A DNA stretch of 63,094 bases from positions 1 through 63,094 of IMG/VR virus record IMGVR_UViG_3300014877_000064; one strand, 5' to 3'. Position 1 is the stretch's first letter. Every line of letters starts with the position of its first letter. Below, in pieces: positions 27,235-37,802 of the stretch. The stretch comes from a virus (Duplodnaviria; Caudoviricetes). Both the position numbers and the translations under genes were made by a program. Under the pieces are notes generated by a model. That model worked only from the letters and a program-made list of their open reading frames with translations. It was not told where the DNA came from and ran no database searches.

Positions 27235-28362
27235 TTAGATGTGCCTAACTTCCTCTCCAAACCAAGGAAGGAGTGTGCTGTTGACCAAAAGGACGTCATC
27301 TCTTGAAAAGAAAGAGAAGGTTGTGGTACAATCAGGAAATCCACCCGTACCACCGCCGTTGTCGCCCTCTGTTGGGGCTTGTTTTACGAAAGATGCAAAC
27401 CCCTTAAAAGAACCTGTGAGGGCTGCGTTTGCTGGAGTAATAATCGAGCCGGTAGCGATGTACATCATTGGGTATGCATACATACCGTGCTTATATCTGT
27501 CCAAAAGACCAAGAGGAGCAGAACCAGCTCCATTATTTCCAGCAATCGCTGGTCTTAGACTCACACCAAGAAATAGACTTCCACTAAATTGAGATACTGT
27601 TTTATAACCAAGAAATCCCCATCTTCTTCCTGAACTAGATCCATCCCAGTCATCGGTAAAATGGAAGAATCCTGTTTGCTCCAACGCCATGTGAACCACA
27701 TATGGGTCTGGGTCTTGGCTTGGCCCCTGCACCACCGGTTCCAACCCAAAGAAACGTATGCCCTCATACTGTCTCCAGAAAAACATATACCACCCATAAG
27801 GAGCTGTATTTTGAGCAAAAACAGAGTAAAAAACCTGATAGCCATTATCATACGTTTCTGGTATGACACTAACATATGTTGGCGAGGCATCAGTACCTCC
27901 CCCGAGAACAACTATTTCTGCCGCACTTCCAGAAACTGCCCCAGGAGTTGCTGTAGCAGACAAACTAGCAGTTACGGCAAATCCATCTGGGGCATACTTG
28001 ACTCTATAAGATCGTCCATGAAAATTTGCTATGCTGCCTTCATTGTCAGAAGAAATAGAACTTTTTTGGAAGGAGAAGCTCCTTGAGGAATTGGGTTGAG
28101 TCATCACAAACCAATTGCCGCCGCCTATCATTTGTTCAGCGTCTGTAAATGGATCTGTATACATGCCTGTTGAAGATCCAGATCCCCAGGCTGCAACTAT
28201 CCATCCAGCAGTTTTCAAGACTGACTTCATTACCCAAATTGGATGTTGAAGACGACTGTACATGTTGCCAGCAGTGTTGTTACCAACGTTGATGGTCAAC
28301 GTTTCTAGATTGTAAGCTGGTCCTACGTAAAATCCAGTATCTGTAGAGTCCTTAACGAACAT
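27235..28362 (-). CDS. Putative tail appendage/receptor-binding protein, paralog type beta (copy 2)
   Basis: KSVLKTAGW..AWGSGS; YRVKY.P.GFAVT; GTDASPT; TGSFKGF.SFVK shared with 29782..30957. Confidence 0.6.
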   Translation of the reverse strand: MFVKDSTDTGFYVGPAYNLETLTINVGNNTAGNMYSRLQHPIWVMKSVLKTAGWIVAAWGSGSSTGMYTDPFTDAEQMIGGGNWFVMTQPNSSRSFSFQKSSISSDNEGSIANFHGRSYRVKYAPDGFAVTASLSATATPGAVSGSAAEIVVLGGGTDASPTYVSVIPETYDNGYQVFYSVFAQNTAPYGWYMFFWRQYEGIRFFGLEPVVQGPSQDPDPYVVHMALEQTGFFHFTDDWDGSSSGRRWGFLGYKTVSQFSGSLFLGVSLRPAIAGNNGAGSAPLGLLDRYKHGMYAYPMMYIATGSIITPANAALTGSFKGFASFVKQAPTEGDNGGGTGGFPDCTTTFSFFSRDDVLLVNSTLLPWFGEEVRHI

Positions 28363-28375
28363 GTGTTTCCTTGCG

Positions 28376-29782
28376 TTAACTAAGTATGACTATGTTTGTG
28401 GCTCCAGTTGGAGGAGTATTAAGGGTAAAAACATATTGACTACTGGACACGCCACGATAAAGAATATCTGGTTTGATAATGGTCCTAGGAAACCAACTTG
28501 TGAATGGTTGTTCTTGACCATAGGATCCATCAAACCAACTGCTGTTGCTTGCTGTTACCCACATAATTTGACTATAACGAACAGCAGCAGGAATACTCTG
28601 AATCAGAGACGAAGAGGCGTCAATACCAATCCAAGGAAGAGCATAGGAACCAATAAGAATATAGTCCTTAGCCCCCGAAGTAGCCACATCAAGAGTGGTT
28701 CCCTGACTCATGCTGAGAATGGTTCCCGCCGCATAAAGCAGGCTTGAGGCTCCCTTTGAACCCATGCTTCCATTGAAGGTTAGCGTGTCGGTCGTACTAT
28801 AGGCTCGGCCGAGAGACCATGGGATACTGAAAAGCTCCATTTGGCCATCATAAACCGATCTGTTGACACCACGAGAATTTCGTTCCACACTGGGAGGTAC
28901 AACAGCAAATCGATCCGTGGTAACATCAGTTGCCCAACTCCATCCTGCCACACCGGCGGTACCAAACCAGTGTTCACGAGTAAGGGAATTGGCAAGAGTC
29001 TTTCCGGCTGCGGTATTCTCAGGTGCACTTTCTAGCGTAGGTTGAGAGTTCTGTAAGTTAATAGGGTCCCAAGGAACACATGGTCCAGCGGTCTCTCTTC
29101 TTTGCCAATACAATACCGTTGGATCTGGGTCTCTAGGATCATATGACCCCGTTACCATGCTATCCAAAAAGAACCCTGTTTCAGCTCTAAGAGGTTCTGC
29201 TCCACCTGTTGGATATGTTGCAACCCAAAATCTATAGGGTTCGGAAGTCTCAGCCAACATTTGAACCCAGGATTGGGTGACATTCAGAAGACCAGCAAAC
29301 ATGTTTGCGGGTACAAAGTTGAATCCATATCCAACCACAGGCATTTCACCTCGAACACGAGCCGCAAGAATGCTTGCTCCACTTACAAAACCACCGTAAG
29401 ACGGGATTACGAAACTGGCAGAAATAGAAGTGCTTGGTGGACCCAGGGCACCAGTTAAGAAGGGAATTCTGGATATATCATATCCCAGGTAGGAGTAAGA
29501 AACCTTGAAGAGATTGTTTGAACCAGAAACAGCAAAAGATCTCGAAGTGTTGGGCTGTGTAAGGATGAACCAACCATTTACAGCGCTTCCTGTGTGCACA
29601 TCATTCAGGGTGCCCGTTGGCATGCCAAGTGTCCAGGAGGCAGCAACATACCATCCCGCTGTCTTTAACAGGGATTTCCAAATCCAAACACCCCCAGCGG
29701 AGGTAGCAAGGGTTGAACCGGCCAGGTTAACTGTTGGTCCAACATAGTACCCAGAATCTGAAGACGCACCTATCCAAGCCAT
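28376..29782 (-). CDS. Putative tail appendage/receptor-binding protein, paralog type alpha (copy 1)
   Basis: Collinear similarity to 25813..27234, including the C-terminal YRG.S.S.YV....TPP.GAT. Confidence 0.6.
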   Translation of the reverse strand: MAWIGASSDSGYYVGPTVNLAGSTLATSAGGVWIWKSLLKTAGWYVAASWTLGMPTGTLNDVHTGSAVNGWFILTQPNTSRSFAVSGSNNLFKVSYSYLGYDISRIPFLTGALGPPSTSISASFVIPSYGGFVSGASILAARVRGEMPVVGYGFNFVPANMFAGLLNVTQSWVQMLAETSEPYRFWVATYPTGGAEPLRAETGFFLDSMVTGSYDPRDPDPTVLYWQRRETAGPCVPWDPINLQNSQPTLESAPENTAAGKTLANSLTREHWFGTAGVAGWSWATDVTTDRFAVVPPSVERNSRGVNRSVYDGQMELFSIPWSLGRAYSTTDTLTFNGSMGSKGASSLLYAAGTILSMSQGTTLDVATSGAKDYILIGSYALPWIGIDASSSLIQSIPAAVRYSQIMWVTASNSSWFDGSYGQEQPFTSWFPRTIIKPDILYRGVSSSQYVFTLNTPPTGATNIVILS

Positions 29783-30957
29783 TATTCGTTCTCAATTCTT
29801 TCTACGCCAACCCATGGAATATAGGCTCCATTCATGCGAATAGCATCGAAGTGTGCATAAAATGACACAGGGGTAAAAGCCCGGTCTCCAGTTGGAAAGG
29901 CACCTGGACCCAGGGTATCAACTGGCAACTTGACAAAACTGCTAAATCCCTTGAAGCTTCCTGTAATGGGAGCCACCACCGATGTTGACCCAGAAATGAT
30001 GTACATCATTGGAAAGGCTTCTCTCATGGCCGTAAATCTATTTCGAGCAGGAAAGATACCAAGACTAGTGCCCTGACCATAGCCCCGGACTCCATCTGTA
30101 ATTTCGAACATTCGGCTTCCTTGAATAATGCTGCCCGATATCATTCCTGGAAGGTTCAACATGCTGAAACACCACTTACCGTCCTTTAGCATCATGGTAT
30201 TTACGGTATCATGTTGGGCAAGAATATTGAAGGTGTTGGTACCAATATCGTTCTGCTGCCAAAGAACATATGGGTCTTGGTCAAGAGAGTGAGCATTGAC
30301 TACAGGGTCTAACATGAAAAGCCCAGTTGGTCGGCACAATTGGTAATTCAGAAGCATGAAACCATATGGTGCAACTTTCTGAACAATCATATAGAAGTAA
30401 GCTCTTGGGATTCCAGAAACATACGTAGGAAAAAAAGCTGCAAAGGTTGGAGAGGCATCGGTGCCGGCGCCACAAACCACCAGTTCATGACTTGCGGTGA
30501 TCGGTCCGGGAGTCATGGTCCCTGACAGGGAGCTGGTTACAGCAAAACCCGTGGGGCTATACTTGACTCTGTAGTCTTGATTAAACCAGTCAGCCAAACT
30601 GGCTTCGTTACCAGTTCCACTTTTTTGAAAACACAAGGACCTTGATGACCCCGGCATTTTTATGACAAACCAAGATAAGTTGGTTGTCATACTTCCAGTT
30701 AAACCAATTGAACCAGTTCTGCTGTAGGATGTGAATGGATCAGAGTACGTTCCAGTTTGTGACCCAGACCCCCAGGCAACCACAGTCCAACCAGCGGTTT
30801 TCAGAGCCGACTTAAAGACAAACATCTCATATTGAAAGGCGAAATATCTGCTGCTGGTAACGCTGTCATACCGGTTTTCTTTTGGATAAGTGAGATTGTA
30901 CAAACTACCCGTATAGTATCCAGTGTCTGTGGAAGCTGTGATAAACGTACTTGCCAT
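29782..30957 (-). CDS. Putative tail appendage/receptor-binding protein, paralog type beta (copy 1)
   Basis: Collinear similarity to 27235..28362; ATG 30957 follows the upstream stop. Confidence 0.6.
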   Translation of the reverse strand: MASTFITASTDTGYYTGSLYNLTYPKENRYDSVTSSRYFAFQYEMFVFKSALKTAGWTVVAWGSGSQTGTYSDPFTSYSRTGSIGLTGSMTTNLSWFVIKMPGSSRSLCFQKSGTGNEASLADWFNQDYRVKYSPTGFAVTSSLSGTMTPGPITASHELVVCGAGTDASPTFAAFFPTYVSGIPRAYFYMIVQKVAPYGFMLLNYQLCRPTGLFMLDPVVNAHSLDQDPYVLWQQNDIGTNTFNILAQHDTVNTMMLKDGKWCFSMLNLPGMISGSIIQGSRMFEITDGVRGYGQGTSLGIFPARNRFTAMREAFPMMYIISGSTSVVAPITGSFKGFSSFVKLPVDTLGPGAFPTGDRAFTPVSFYAHFDAIRMNGAYIPWVGVERIENE

Positions 30958-30962
30958 GGTCT

Positions 30963-33900
30963 TCAATACCTAGAAAATTCACCAACAAAGAGTTGTAGCA
31001 GAATGGTATCCTTAAGGGAATCACGACTGCTATCTCCGAGGTAAATATCTGTGAATAGGTATTCAAGTTTCGGTCTTTCCAGCATGTGACTTTCAATTAC
31101 GAAATTAGTGCCAAGGAACTTTGTTTTCCTCGGAATAAGTTGAGCAACAAAAGTTCCAATGTTGGTATCAAACCACTTGTAGAACTCAAAGAAACTTTTC
31201 AAGTTAACCTTATCAGTCAACTTATTGAAATAGACGTTTCGAAGATTTTCCAGGCCTGGATAATCCGGAGAAAATACCAGCTCTGGATTTCCGATCACGT
31301 TATCGAGGGCATCAAGGGTTGAGAAGATCGTGATGATATCCTGGTCTAGGGAATCTACAATACTGTAGTCGATAGTAAACTTGGTACTGTCCGTTGGTTC
31401 CTCGAACTTTGGAATCTCGTACACCGGGGCGACCTGGGCCCAGGGAGTAGCCTGGACATTGGCAAAGTCTTTGAAGGAGCGGATACGGACCTTGTTGGTT
31501 GTACTGCCTTCATCAAACTTGGGTGAAATATAGCTGTAAAAATAACGTTCTGATTGAACAACGTTTGAGCTGCCAGAGAAAAATGTACCTGAAAAGTGCA
31601 GATTGTTTTGAGAGAAGTCAAAAATATCGATTGCTCCGGCTGCCGTGGATTGAGTTACCTGTTGGTCTGTGGAAGCGTCTATTCTTAGACGCTCAAAAGA
31701 ACCACTCTTGTTCGTTACGAAGTTGAAGTTTAGGAGAGGCTCCTGAACACCAACAGACCTGAAGTCCCTTACGTGTTCCGGCCACTCTTTTTCTGTAAGA
31801 TATCTGGACCAGAAACGAAGCTGAGAAATCCTACCTTGAAAATTGGTTACTCTAGTAACAATGCTAGCATCTGAAAGACTATTCAAAAAGACTGAAGGAG
31901 CTGTGTTAATGGACGCTGAACCAATGACGATAAACGACCCACTGGCGTTATCTGCGGCGGTACGAAAATTCCATGCAGGCTGATTAGAACCTGAGTATTC
32001 GTTAAAGAAGGAACTGGTAGCAACATTTTCAATAATATCACCGTAGTTTTGTTTTGCAACTCTAAGAAAATAGGAACTTGATAGATCCGAACTTAGGTTG
32101 TCATCATTTCTTTGCCTTCCAGCAGAAACATACCACTTGTCTCCGTCAAATATGTTGACCCCGGTGATTGACAGTGTCAGACTTGGAGCATCAAAAGACA
32201 TCATAGGGCGGGTGAAGAAATTAACAGTGTTTGTTCCGGAAACAGCTACAATGTTTGCTACAAGACCTCCGGAGGCCGTCTGGATGCTTCCAGTTGTCAT
32301 AAATCTGGCTAGACTTTGAGAGGCAGCATAGAGTCTGTCGATAGGAAATTTGTATGTACCTTCATACGTCCAAGAGCCTGACGTAAACAGGCCATCACTG
32401 CCATTAACGTTGGCCGAAGCAAATGGATATCCCGGCTCTGTTCTGGCGCCAGAAAGAAATGGGCTAATAATCAAACCACCAGAAACAAAGTTTAGCATGG
32501 TTGAAATCTCAGACCTGGAATCTCTTACGAAGCCTAGATTCTGTTTGCTTGGACCACCATATTCCCTAATGCGGAAGTTGTTGTCAGGGTCGATTCCAGT
32601 TGCCCTGATGAAGGACTTTACACCATGAATCGTGCCCTTGGATGTAATAACATCCCTAAGGTTGATTAGAATGCGCCTCCAAATTTGATTCTGTATATAC
32701 TGTAATGTTAGGGCATTGGTGCTCGTGTCTCCCTGAATGTTGTTGGCATTCAAGAACTGACCAATACTGGCCCCTGTAAACAGGGGCGGTAATTCAATTC
32801 CCTGACTTCTTGCAAGCTGTTGGAGGAACTGATCTGGAACTGTGTCGGTATTGTCATAGTCTACAAAGCCCAAGTCTGCAAAGGCTTGAGTGTAGAGCTT
32901 CATTTCATCGAAGAACTTTGCCCAGGTATAGAGCATCAAAAGTAGAACTTGTGTTGCTCCGAGTCGGGTTGACCTTGGGTCTGCGCCCGTCTGAAGACTG
33001 TCCAGGATCTCACCCTCTTCGGTACTTAGACCATCCTCAACTTGACCTTCCAGGAGATAGTGTTTTGGAACAAGTCTTGTAATGATGTTTGGGTTGGTGT
33101 TGTCGTAGTTACTGGCACTTACAAGAAGGTCCAGTCTGTAGTCCATGACCTCTGGTTGTGTTGGAAACAGAACGGGAGTAAATTCCATGGACTCATAAGT
33201 CATCGGACTTATCCCTGCTGAAGAGGCAGTTGGAAACTGACGAACTCCAAGGGCTACACCACCAGCACTCAGGTTTCCGTGCAGAGAGTTTGAGGAGGCA
33301 TCAATAACGAGCGGAGAACCGCTGCCAGAAGCCTCATTGAATTTGTAGTAGAGTTTCAAGGCTCCGGTGGCAAAGACATTCTTGGCTAGGGACTCCTTGA
33401 TTTGATCAAGTTGGCGTACTTCATGCCAAACTCTCAGTTCATCCAGGGCTCCTGAAAAGGTGTTGGCTGGAGTAAACACAGAAGTAAGACTGCTTCCGGA
33501 ACCAATATACATGTCTCCGGTAGCACTGATTTCTCCGAACTCCACAGGCATGCTGCCACTCTTAACAAGCACGGCATTGAGGTAGGCATTTACGTTGAAA
33601 ATGCCAGGAGTCCTGTTCCATACCCAGGCTACGTGATTCCACGTTCCCTTGGGTACATTAATTTGAACGGTACTTGTAGCAGACCCCGAAACCAAACGGA
33701 AAGAGCTTGAGGCAGCCGTAGTAGAAGCCAGGGAATCAAGGGTAACCATAAATCCCATGGATCCACTGTGTTTATCAATGATAACCTGGTTATCGTTATT
33801 TTGGGTTGGTACGTAAATCCAATATTCAAGGGTCATCGAATCTGTCTTAGGGTTGATGACCGTAGTACCATCATGCTTCCTTGAAACAAGAGGGTAGGCA

Positions 33901-34370
33901 GAACCTGCCTGGTCTTTTACGGTGATGTAGGTGCCTCCAAAGGTTTCCCCAGACGTTCCTGAGAAGAACAAATAGCCCTTGTATTTTGGATATCCATCAT
34001 AGGCCCATTTTTCAAAGCCTGTAAGACTATCCATGAAGCTTTCGACTTCCTTGTTCGTCCCATCGAATGGAAACTGATTTTGGATACGGTCAAAGCCAAC
34101 ATTGACTTTCACTTGAGCAGAATTGAAGAAGGTATGGTTTGCAAAGTCAGACCAGTCGATATTGAGTTGCTGGGTAGATCTAAGTCCAGTTCCTCCGACA
34201 CTATATTTGAAAGAGGAAGTGCTATCAATGGCAGTGTCGGAAATAACTTCAGCGTCTGTGAGATTGAACGTAAGTGCCCCTTCCGGCTCATCTGAAACTG
34301 AACGAATAACCGCCGGTTGAAATAGGGTGGGTTTGGTGTTTTGCAAACCCTTGGCACTATTGATTGTCAT
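30963..34370 (-). CDS. Baseplate wedge protein (P2 gpI / T4 gp7-like) with LamG domains
   Basis: VPDQFLQQLARSQG...IWRRILINL.....SKGTIHGVKSFI gpI-like segment; LamG motifs TLEYWIY, WNHVAWVW, FSGALDELRVW. Confidence 0.7.
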   Translation of the reverse strand: MTINSAKGLQNTKPTLFQPAVIRSVSDEPEGALTFNLTDAEVISDTAIDSTSSFKYSVGGTGLRSTQQLNIDWSDFANHTFFNSAQVKVNVGFDRIQNQFPFDGTNKEVESFMDSLTGFEKWAYDGYPKYKGYLFFSGTSGETFGGTYITVKDQAGSAYPLVSRKHDGTTVINPKTDSMTLEYWIYVPTQNNDNQVIIDKHSGSMGFMVTLDSLASTTAASSSFRLVSGSATSTVQINVPKGTWNHVAWVWNRTPGIFNVNAYLNAVLVKSGSMPVEFGEISATGDMYIGSGSSLTSVFTPANTFSGALDELRVWHEVRQLDQIKESLAKNVFATGALKLYYKFNEASGSGSPLVIDASSNSLHGNLSAGGVALGVRQFPTASSAGISPMTYESMEFTPVLFPTQPEVMDYRLDLLVSASNYDNTNPNIITRLVPKHYLLEGQVEDGLSTEEGEILDSLQTGADPRSTRLGATQVLLLMLYTWAKFFDEMKLYTQAFADLGFVDYDNTDTVPDQFLQQLARSQGIELPPLFTGASIGQFLNANNIQGDTSTNALTLQYIQNQIWRRILINLRDVITSKGTIHGVKSFIRATGIDPDNNFRIREYGGPSKQNLGFVRDSRSEISTMLNFVSGGLIISPFLSGARTEPGYPFASANVNGSDGLFTSGSWTYEGTYKFPIDRLYAASQSLARFMTTGSIQTASGGLVANIVAVSGTNTVNFFTRPMMSFDAPSLTLSITGVNIFDGDKWYVSAGRQRNDDNLSSDLSSSYFLRVAKQNYGDIIENVATSSFFNEYSGSNQPAWNFRTAADNASGSFIVIGSASINTAPSVFLNSLSDASIVTRVTNFQGRISQLRFWSRYLTEKEWPEHVRDFRSVGVQEPLLNFNFVTNKSGSFERLRIDASTDQQVTQSTAAGAIDIFDFSQNNLHFSGTFFSGSSNVVQSERYFYSYISPKFDEGSTTNKVRIRSFKDFANVQATPWAQVAPVYEIPKFEEPTDSTKFTIDYSIVDSLDQDIITIFSTLDALDNVIGNPELVFSPDYPGLENLRNVYFNKLTDKVNLKSFFEFYKWFDTNIGTFVAQLIPRKTKFLGTNFVIESHMLERPKLEYLFTDIYLGDSSRDSLKDTILLQLFVGEFSRY

Positions 34371-35954
34371 TTAGGGCATTACCTTAAATCGGAATCCTGC
34401 ATTGTTTACGTAGTAGTCCTTGCCACCTTCTGTAATCATAAGCTCAAATTCATAGACTTCGCCGAGGTCCAAATCTTGAACCCAAAAGTCAAAATACATT
34501 CCAGCTCCATCAAAGGAACAAAGCGTGGCTGAACTATCAAATGGAATGATAACTTCTCTAGAGAAAGCCTTTACGAGTCTCCACTTCATATTCTCCAAAA
34601 TCGTCGACTTGGTTGGAGTTGGAAGTCTAGAAGCAATTGCCTCGGTATTGTAGTCCTGAACAAAGACTCTTAGACGAGCAGTTTCATTCTTGTTGTACTG
34701 CTGCTTTAGATTGGTAATGTTCGTAACCCAGTTTCTTTCAATGGCATTGGAGTCAGATCCAACCGGTTTCTTGAAAAGAGTATATCCACCAGCAAACGGA
34801 TACATTCCATCTGCACTTACCCACTCATAACGGAATTTTTGGGCATCAGATCCACTCAGGAAGTCTGTTAGAGTCGTATTCGTTACTAGATTGAGGTTGA
34901 CGCTGGAAGTATAGATGCCTGTCTGGGCAATGCCACCCAAAATAAATTGGGAAGCAGAAAACGATTGTGACATGATGGCCAGACTGCGAGTCATATGACT
35001 GATGCTGGCACTGTGGGAAATGCTGAAGCTGGTCGTAGGGAAGGTTACACTCTTAGAGGCAATCAGCCTCAAAATAAGGGAATTTGCACCGGTGATAAAG
35101 GTGGACCCACTCAAGAAGTTCTGATAGGTTCCGTTTACTCTGTTGTAGGTAAAGAAGTCCTGGGTAACATTAAAGTCGGGGTCTCCGGAAGAGTCCCTAA
35201 TTTGGTCATTGAACTTGACAACAAGTTTAGGGTGGAGTTCTTTCTTCTGAGTGTGTCTAGAGCCGAATCTCTTTACAAACCGAGTAGTTCCATCAGACTC
35301 CTGGGCGTCCGTGAAAGACAAGCGCCAACCATTGTTGGTTAGATTACCAGCCATGCTGGCACTTACGATAGTCGTAACGTCCATGAAGAGGTCTTCATCT
35401 CCACGGTTGAACGCTTGGGTAGTTGTTAGATCCTGCAAACCAGAACCAACGTTGCCGGAGGTGATTACATCAATATTATTACCCAGTGTGCCACTGGCCG
35501 CTGCCCCAGAAACGACCCACAGGTTGGCTGACCCACCCGAGATGGATGCCGTCAGGAAATTTGCTGAATCCAAATCACGGAATGCAACTACGTCAAAGCC
35601 CCGGCCCTCATCCCAGGACTTGGAAACCGGTATAAGCCTTATAGAGAAATTAGAAGGGGTAGTCTGGCCACCGTACACATCCCTAAGCCAAAGGTAGCAC
35701 TTGAAGGAGGAATCATTGGTATTCAAAATTGAGGAAGTCAGGGACTGGAGTGGCGCATAGTCAAACTGAATCAGCAATCTAGACAGTTCATAAACGCCCG
35801 AAAGACTTGCACTTACGGTAACGAAGGTTTCATTGTAGAGTTTGAAGAGGTCGAGAGTACCAGCCTGTCCTACGTTGGAGTCCAGGGAACGAGTACCGGC
35901 GATAAACTTGTCGGTAATGTAGGTATCCTTACTTGCAGATAGAAGTCTATACAT
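34371..35954 (-). CDS. Baseplate-associated structural protein (DNRLRE-like N-terminus)
   Basis: ASKDTYI...SRLLIQFD...HPKLVVKF pattern; lies between gp6-like and gp7-like genes. Confidence 0.55.
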   Translation of the reverse strand: MYRLLSASKDTYITDKFIAGTRSLDSNVGQAGTLDLFKLYNETFVTVSASLSGVYELSRLLIQFDYAPLQSLTSSILNTNDSSFKCYLWLRDVYGGQTTPSNFSIRLIPVSKSWDEGRGFDVVAFRDLDSANFLTASISGGSANLWVVSGAAASGTLGNNIDVITSGNVGSGLQDLTTTQAFNRGDEDLFMDVTTIVSASMAGNLTNNGWRLSFTDAQESDGTTRFVKRFGSRHTQKKELHPKLVVKFNDQIRDSSGDPDFNVTQDFFTYNRVNGTYQNFLSGSTFITGANSLILRLIASKSVTFPTTSFSISHSASISHMTRSLAIMSQSFSASQFILGGIAQTGIYTSSVNLNLVTNTTLTDFLSGSDAQKFRYEWVSADGMYPFAGGYTLFKKPVGSDSNAIERNWVTNITNLKQQYNKNETARLRVFVQDYNTEAIASRLPTPTKSTILENMKWRLVKAFSREVIIPFDSSATLCSFDGAGMYFDFWVQDLDLGEVYEFELMITEGGKDYYVNNAGFRFKVMP

Positions 35955-35957
35955 GGA

Positions 35958-37799
35958 TTACACCGCCGTTCCTACGATATCAAAATCCTTGAACTTCACT
36001 TCAAAGATGGAACCCGGTGGACCAAAGACAATACCACGGGAGGTGTTGGCTGGAACGTCAAACTGCTCACCTGAGTAGGAGCGTCCATCAATAGGACCAA
36101 ACATGTTTGCAATCTCCAGGGACACAACAGAAATGACGCCCGGGTTGTTGTAGATGATGTTTTGAATGTCAGCCAAAACGATGGGCTGATCGATCTCGTA
36201 GTTCTTGATATTCAGGTACTGCTTCATTCTTTGAAGAACGTTCCTAAGAACAACCTGCTTGTTCTGAGTGGGGTCTGTAACGATAGAGAACTGAACCTTG
36301 AGATTGATGACCCTGGCATCCAGAATGTCGATGGCATCTGAAATCATCCTGTACTGATTTAGGTACAGGGCCAGGTTCTTCTTAAGACTGTCAGGTCCGA
36401 TAATCAATTGGTTTTGTATGTCCCTACAAATGATGAACAACTGGGAGGCCAGTGGGTTGTTTGGATTCGTACGAATGCTTGCCCTGAAAACTCTTCCGAA
36501 ATTCGATGGCAAGGTATAAACCCTGGCCAACAAGTCGGGCTTGGTTACGATACGACCCTGGGCAGCCTGGAATGCGGGGGCCCGAGCCTTTAACTCGTCA
36601 ACAGTTGGAGGGTCATCTCCTCCTGCTGCTCTATCAAGGTTATTTATGTCCAGAGAATTCCTCACGAAAGAGGCAACTGTCGGTGTAGGATTATTTGGGA
36701 AGGTCATGTCAAGGGAAGTCACGGTCCTGATAGAACGTGGCTCAACGTTGGTGTTCAGGCCGCCACCATATCGGTAAACGATAGTAACGTTAGTGTTTGG
36801 CGTCAAAACTCCAAAGGTCGTAGTCTGAAGCAGGTTACCAGGATTGATAGTAAACCTGGAAAACACTTTCTTGCCGTAGAGTGGTACAGCAAACTCACTT
36901 GGGTCCGGAATAATATCGTCATTTAGACTCTCAGCACTTCCACCACCAAACGTAAGGGTTGTAAGCCTGGTTTGTAAGGAGGTGTTCTTAATGAATCTGT
37001 ATGGAGCAGGAATGGGTACAATGTTCTCTGCGACAAGGTCATTATCAGAGGTGGTATTGCTAACTGCCTTGTAAACGGTATCTTGAGTAAGGTAGTCTAC
37101 CTCGTAGTATTGATTTCCCTGGGCATCGATAACACTGATAACCTCTGTTACGTTTTCATTGGCTAGGGTGAACTTCTTGAAGGGTTCAAAAGAGCCAGCA
37201 CTGAAGGATTCAGTTGCCCTGAATCCTGAGATGCAAACACCATCCAAAGACAGGACGAAGTTCTGTGGGTTGTTATTGGCGTCACGTGTGCCAACTTGAA
37301 TATCAGCTAAAAGAGTGCCATCTGCCTTAATGGCCGTAAAATCTAGGTCTTCTGTCAGCTCGAATTCTGTACCGTTCTGGGCTCTAACAACTGACCTCTG
37401 GTGAATGATGGGAAGGGCCGTGGTGTCTGGTACGGGAGGACTGCTACCGGAGGCAGGAACCTTCACGTAGAAAGTACCATCCACGACAGAGGGCGAGGCG
37501 CCGACGATGGGCACTCCAGCTTTTCTTAAGTGCCTCTCAATGTTGTTCAGCTCTGTTGCTGTGTCTGGGAAGGTCTCATGAAACTGATGGTCCAAGTAGA
37601 AGGACTGTAAGTCACCGACATAGGCTGCCATGTCTAGAAGCAGACCGCCGAGGCCGGCCTCTGAGAAGTCCCTGACCTTGTCGGGGAAGTAAGTGCGGGC
37701 ATATTCCAGGAGGTCAGCCCTTAGGGCATCAAAGTCCTTGTTAAGGTACTTTCTTTCCCTAATCGTCTTTAGAACTTGTTTTTTTGTGTCGGTGGCCAT
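35958..37799 (-). CDS. Baseplate wedge subunit (T4 gp6 / P2 gpJ-like)
   Basis: YLNKDFDALRADL, DFSEAGLGGLLLDMAAYVGD..SFYLD, AAGGDDP..VDELK, QGRIVTKPD. Confidence 0.88.
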   Translation of the reverse strand: MATDTKKQVLKTIRERKYLNKDFDALRADLLEYARTYFPDKVRDFSEAGLGGLLLDMAAYVGDLQSFYLDHQFHETFPDTATELNNIERHLRKAGVPIVGASPSVVDGTFYVKVPASGSSPPVPDTTALPIIHQRSVVRAQNGTEFELTEDLDFTAIKADGTLLADIQVGTRDANNNPQNFVLSLDGVCISGFRATESFSAGSFEPFKKFTLANENVTEVISVIDAQGNQYYEVDYLTQDTVYKAVSNTTSDNDLVAENIVPIPAPYRFIKNTSLQTRLTTLTFGGGSAESLNDDIIPDPSEFAVPLYGKKVFSRFTINPGNLLQTTTFGVLTPNTNVTIVYRYGGGLNTNVEPRSIRTVTSLDMTFPNNPTPTVASFVRNSLDINNLDRAAGGDDPPTVDELKARAPAFQAAQGRIVTKPDLLARVYTLPSNFGRVFRASIRTNPNNPLASQLFIICRDIQNQLIIGPDSLKKNLALYLNQYRMISDAIDILDARVINLKVQFSIVTDPTQNKQVVLRNVLQRMKQYLNIKNYEIDQPIVLADIQNIIYNNPGVISVVSLEIANMFGPIDGRSYSGEQFDVPANTSRGIVFGPPGSIFEVKFKDFDIVGTAV

Positions 37800-37802
37800 G
37801 TG

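Noticed and set aside
25813-30957. Diversity-generating retroelement or invertible cassette acting on the paralogs
   Set aside because: No reverse transcriptase, invertase, near-identical TR/VR pair or inverted repeats seen in the window
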